Position numbers and translations under genes: made by a program
Part shown: positions 31,767 to 34,512 of the stretch, piece after piece
Position numbering within the stretch: position 1 is the stretch's first letter
How the letters are laid out: every line of letters begins with the position of its first letter
The notes under the pieces: generated by a model
The model's input: the letters and a program-made list of their open reading frames with translations, nothing else
What the model was told of the DNA's origin: nothing
The model's database searches: none
Origin: an uncultured bacterium
GTDB taxonomy: Bacteria; Planctomycetota; DG-23; SLPQ01
Direction of reading: 5' to 3'
NCBI GenBank assembly: GCA_937863625.1
Contig: CALMGO010000489.1
Location: 1 to 34,512, forward strand
Length of the DNA: 34,512 nucleotides

Positions 31767-31931
31767 CTAATCCTTCTTGTCGTGTGAAGGGTCATGCCCG
31801 CAATTGTGGCACACGAAACCGTGTTGGCTCCACCATCCGCACTTGCGGCAACGCCAAGCGTACTCCATCAGGAAGTCGAGCAGCACGGCCTTGGTATGCT
31901 TCAACTTCTTGGGCTTTACTTGCTCGTTCAC
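31767..31931 (-). CDS. zinc-ribbon protein (54 aa)
   Basis: CRKCGWW...CHNCGH. GTG start preceded by AAGGGGG. The track's longer N-terminus looks non-coding. Confidence 0.55.
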   Translation of the reverse strand: MNEQVKPKKLKHTKAVLLDFLMEYAWRCRKCGWWSQHGFVCHNCGHDPSHDKKD

Positions 31932-31995
31932 ATGAACCCCCTTTCGATTATCACCGCGCACGCCCCTGCCAGGATAAACAGCCAGTCGGGCAGGG

Positions 31996-32187
31996 TCATG
32001 GGTTGCACCAGTCCTTTGACAGTCCGCGCTGCATTTGTTCGTCCGATATAGTCTCGCATCTCCACTTAACTCCGAGGGCGTCCAGCACATCTGTAGGCCT
32101 CAAACTGTGCCCCTCCTCCTTGAGTTTCCCGTCCACGTACATGCCGATCCAATCACCGGACTCACATTCTACGAGCATCACTTCCAT
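31996..32187 (-). CDS. hypothetical small protein (63 aa)
   Basis: AAGGGGGAG RBS before ATG 32187. Sequence begins MEVMLVECESGDWIGMYVDGKLKEEGHSL. Confidence 0.6.
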   Translation of the reverse strand: MEVMLVECESGDWIGMYVDGKLKEEGHSLRPTDVLDALGVKWRCETISDEQMQRGLSKDWCNP

Positions 32188-32188
32188 G

Positions 32189-32401
32189 CTACTCCCCCTT
32201 GGCCGCGTTGTACTCGGCCAGCCATTGACGTTCGTCCCCGGTGGACAGTCCAGCCCCCTCGTTGCGCCCCATGATTTCGGCTGCCCTTATCGTGAGGTCG
32301 AGCACCACCCGTATGTCCTTGCGGCTGTTTACCGTCCCCGTCGTGCCAGCCATCTCGGATTCCACTACGGACTCGGCCAAGGCCGCCAGTTCCCCGGCCA
32401 T
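32189..32401 (-). CDS. hypothetical small acidic protein (70 aa)
   Basis: ATG 32401 overlaps the upstream stop by 1 nt (TGATG). The track's longer N-terminus is Arg-rich off-frame-like. Confidence 0.55.
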   Translation of the reverse strand: MAGELAALAESVVESEMAGTTGTVNSRKDIRVVLDLTIRAAEIMGRNEGAGLSTGDERQWLAEYNAAKGE

Positions 32402-32682
32402 CACGCACCTCTCGCGGCGTGCAGGTTGGCGTATGCGGTCTTGAGCATGCCGAAACCGCAGTTGCCCTTGTGCTCCCCGTCCCATGCGCGGTGACACCCG
32501 CTGCAAAACGGCTTGCCCTCGTAAGCGTACTGAGCCTCACTCAGGGCCTCTGGGATCATGTCCAGGGCCGCGACCTCTGCGGCGCGGATGCGCTCTGCCT
32601 TGGTGTCTTCGGCTTGAGCCTTCCCAGCGGAGTACGCATCAACCAGTGTGTGCCGACAGACGGGGCATGTGGTTAGCTTCAT
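32401..32682 (-). CDS. hypothetical Cys-rich protein (93 aa)
   Basis: CPVCRH ... CSGCHRAWDGEHKGNCGF. ATGA overlap with the Lar-like gene. Confidence 0.55.
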   Translation of the reverse strand: MKLTTCPVCRHTLVDAYSAGKAQAEDTKAERIRAAEVAALDMIPEALSEAQYAYEGKPFCSGCHRAWDGEHKGNCGFGMLKTAYANLHAARGA

Positions 32683-33008
32683 CCCTGCTCCTTTGCGTCC
32701 AGGGCCGCGAGGGCTTGCGTGATCGCCTTGATGCGGTAGCACTGCCCACACTTGCAATCGTCTTCGTGCAACCAATCTTCCAGTCCGTTGCATGCCTCCC
32801 TCAGCGCCTCCCACTTGGCGCGGTCGGCGGGCGCGGGGATGGGGCGGCGGTTCCAGGCGTGCGCAGCTTCCGAACTGTTTTTTCTGCTTGGGCCTTTTCC
32901 TCCACAAGGGGACGGCCCGCCACAGACTATGTAAACCCCGGACGCTGTACCTCCAGCGTATCTGGCCGAAGACCCACAGAACGGACACGGCAACAGTTCA
33001 GCTTGCAT
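32679..33008 (-). CDS. lar: Lar-family restriction-alleviation-like protein
   Basis: The N-terminal LLPCPFCGSSARY...VYIVCGG..PCGG matches my memory of the Lar family zinc motif (PCPFCG...C..C). Confidence 0.5.
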   Translation of the reverse strand: MQAELLPCPFCGSSARYAGGTASGVYIVCGGPSPCGGKGPSRKNSSEAAHAWNRRPIPAPADRAKWEALREACNGLEDWLHEDDCKCGQCYRIKAITQALAALDAKEQG

Positions 33009-33435
33009 CCCCGGCCTCCTTTGCCGCCGCGAGGGCGGCGCGGGCTATGAATGTTGCCTCAATGCTGGCGTTGTTCAGGTCACACACATCGTCCTCGCTG
33101 TAGTTCCCGGTGTTAATCTCCATCAGCGTCTCGTCTATGGATTTCAGCGCCTCCTCCAGCGCCTGGACGCGCTCGTTGGCGGCGCGGAGCATGTTTTTCG
33201 TGTCATCCCTCTCCCGCTCGGCCTCGGCCAGCTTGCGCTCAAGCTCAGACACGTCGGGAACAGCAGGATAAAAAGGACATTTACCGGGAGCAGGCGTATC
33301 AAAATGATGCGAACCGAGCCCGTTTAATGCGCAAGTATGTGTGAACCCGGTGTCAGATTGAACCGCATAGTATTCTGACGTAAGATACTCGCAGCTGCCG
33401 CAGCTAGCGCTTATGTGGATACTGGGACCCTGCAT
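32998..33435 (-). CDS. hypothetical protein (145 aa; Cys-rich N-terminus, coiled-coil C-terminus)
   Basis: GGGGGTGGAG RBS before ATG 33435. 1-nt start/stop overlap with the upstream gene. Confidence 0.6.
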   Translation of the reverse strand: MQGPSIHISASCGSCEYLTSEYYAVQSDTGFTHTCALNGLGSHHFDTPAPGKCPFYPAVPDVSELERKLAEAERERDDTKNMLRAANERVQALEEALKSIDETLMEINTGNYSEDDVCDLNNASIEATFIARAALAAAKEAGDAS

Positions 33436-33884
33436 CACTCCACCCCCAAGGTTTTGCGCCCTTCCGAGAGCAGAGCGTTGAATTTGCACGCCTCGGTGTG
33501 GTCCGGGCCATAGGAGCCGCAGTCTGCGCAGTAGGGCATCTCTTCGTCAGCATCCCACTCGCACAGCGCACGCTCCTCCAGCATCTCGTGCTGGCGCAGG
33601 GCCAGGGAGCGCAGTTCTTCATTGTCCGCCAGCAGGTCGCGGATGTCGGCGGGGGCGTTGCGAATGAATGCGTTGTGCTTCCCCACCTCGTCGCCAATCC
33701 CGTAGGCTTGGACGTAGACGGGCAGCGTCTCGACATCGAACTGCGCTCCGTCCACGTAGCCGTCACCGTCGCACATGGGGCAGTTGTAGTGGTCGCCCAT
33801 GGCGCTATCGACTACCGGGGCGGGCCACGTTGTGATGATTCCCTCCAGCCTGCCCCTGATCTCCGCTATGCGTGCGTCATCCAT
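33435..33884 (-). CDS. hypothetical Cys-rich protein (149 aa)
   Basis: GAGGAGG RBS before ATG 33884, with TAATG overlap. Contains CPMCDGDGY and CADCGSYGPDHTEAC. Confidence 0.6.
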   Translation of the reverse strand: MDDARIAEIRGRLEGIITTWPAPVVDSAMGDHYNCPMCDGDGYVDGAQFDVETLPVYVQAYGIGDEVGKHNAFIRNAPADIRDLLADNEELRSLALRQHEMLEERALCEWDADEEMPYCADCGSYGPDHTEACKFNALLSEGRKTLGVE

Positions 33885-34111
33885 TACGGCCTCCTCATTT
33901 TCGCCAGCGCACGCGTAAGGTCCATGCTGGCCCTGCGAATAGCCCCGGTGTGGGCTGGCAGGTCTTGGATGTAGAACGATGATCCGGGATTGTTCGCACG
34001 GTACAGATTGGCCTCCGCCTTCAGCTTCTCGTTTGCCGTCCGGTAATCCTCGATGCGCAACAGCAGGCGGTTGCACTCGGCCTCTACCTCGTCTATCCGT
34101 TCGTCTCGCAT
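33884..34111 (-). CDS. hypothetical coiled-coil protein (75 aa)
   Basis: Strong AAGGAGGA RBS before ATG 34111. Confidence 0.6.
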   Translation of the reverse strand: MRDERIDEVEAECNRLLLRIEDYRTANEKLKAEANLYRANNPGSSFYIQDLPAHTGAIRRASMDLTRALAKMRRP

Positions 34112-34167
34112 ATTTCCTCCTTGTCCCAACCGCGTCCGCGACCCCGTGTAACGGGGCCAGGGCGGGG

Positions 34168-34494
34168 CTAGGACTTACTTGTCCCTTCGACACCGCGAGC
34201 GGCACGCGCTTTGGTGCGGAAGTGCAGCCACATGATGGCTTCCTGAATCTTGGTCAGGGCCATGGCGTTTTCCCGGCAGGCGTAGGGGCCAGACTGAAAG
34301 CCTTTGAGGCGGTCGGCGACGATTGCCAGAATGCTTTCGTTGGAGCAGCCGTTGAAGGTGTTCTCCTGGAGCGGGCCTTTCTGGAACACCACGTCTGCCA
34401 TGTTCTCCAGCGGCGAGTCGTCAGCCGGATCACGGAGGGAGACTATGTATTCGTGGCAGGCGTTGCCCGGACCAGGCTCGTCCATGGAGAACAC
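34168..34494 (-). CDS. conserved-looking phage protein, function unknown (possibly truncated by the window edge)
   Basis: FQKGPLQE..NGCSNESILAIVADRLKGFQSGPYACRENAMALTKIQEAIMWLHFRTKARAARGVEG resembles a widespread small phage family that I cannot name. The frame remains open to position 34512. Confidence 0.6.
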   Translation of the reverse strand: MFSMDEPGPGNACHEYIVSLRDPADDSPLENMADVVFQKGPLQENTFNGCSNESILAIVADRLKGFQSGPYACRENAMALTKIQEAIMWLHFRTKARAARGVEGTSKS

Positions 34495-34512
34495 GCGAAT
34501 CTGGTCGCTCGC

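Larger units (their letters stand above)
1..34512. mobile_element. temperate-phage-derived genome segment (podovirus-like virion module) in attP-intact gene order
   Basis: Uninterrupted succession of phage modules: early regulators, replication, lysis, packaging, head, ejection proteins, fibres, att/int remnant, early-left small genes. No tail tube, sheath or tape-measure genes and no cellular housekeeping genes. Confidence 0.85.

Overview
High-GC, tightly packed window that is phage-derived from end to end; I saw no housekeeping genes, rRNA, CRISPR array, transposase or reverse transcriptase. Positions ~100-30700 form one long plus-strand series. It opens with back-to-back early promoters and a Cro-like HTH gene. 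A replication module follows: HNH, a PrimPol-PriCT-wH-P-loop primase/helicase fusion carrying an internal iteron-like array, SSB, a second HNH, a RuvC-like resolvase, a MazG-like protein and a metallophosphoesterase. Next come small regulators (excisionase-type HTH, wHTH, Mor-like activator) and a lysis cassette (SLT endolysin, lipoprotein, PLA2-motif protein, lambda-S-like holin). The packaging module has a third HNH, a wHTH protein, a TerS-like protein, a fourth HNH and TerL. The morphogenesis block is podovirus-like: portal, scaffold, N4-gp56-like capsid, decoration protein, adaptor/nozzle candidates, three large ejection-type proteins, a fibre/receptor-binding cluster and a beta-helix spike. 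Positions ~30800-31300 look like an attachment-site module: terminator, phased TTGACCA repeats, a promoter-like element, only the 5-prime 41 nt of a tRNA-Thr(CGU), a bidirectional terminator and the 3-prime remnant of a tyrosine integrase. Positions 31282-34512 are a minus-strand operon of small, mostly Cys-rich early proteins, including a Lar-like one. The gene order is the vegetative (attP-intact) permutation of a temperate phage whose integrase is truncated. Three things are most worth a second look: the PLA2-motif gene inside the lysis cassette, the helically phased repeat array plus AT tract inside the primase-helicase gene (candidate origin), and the promoter / tRNA-5-prime-half / terminator unit at the att region. 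All functional calls rest on motif recognition by eye and on gene context; no database search was possible.
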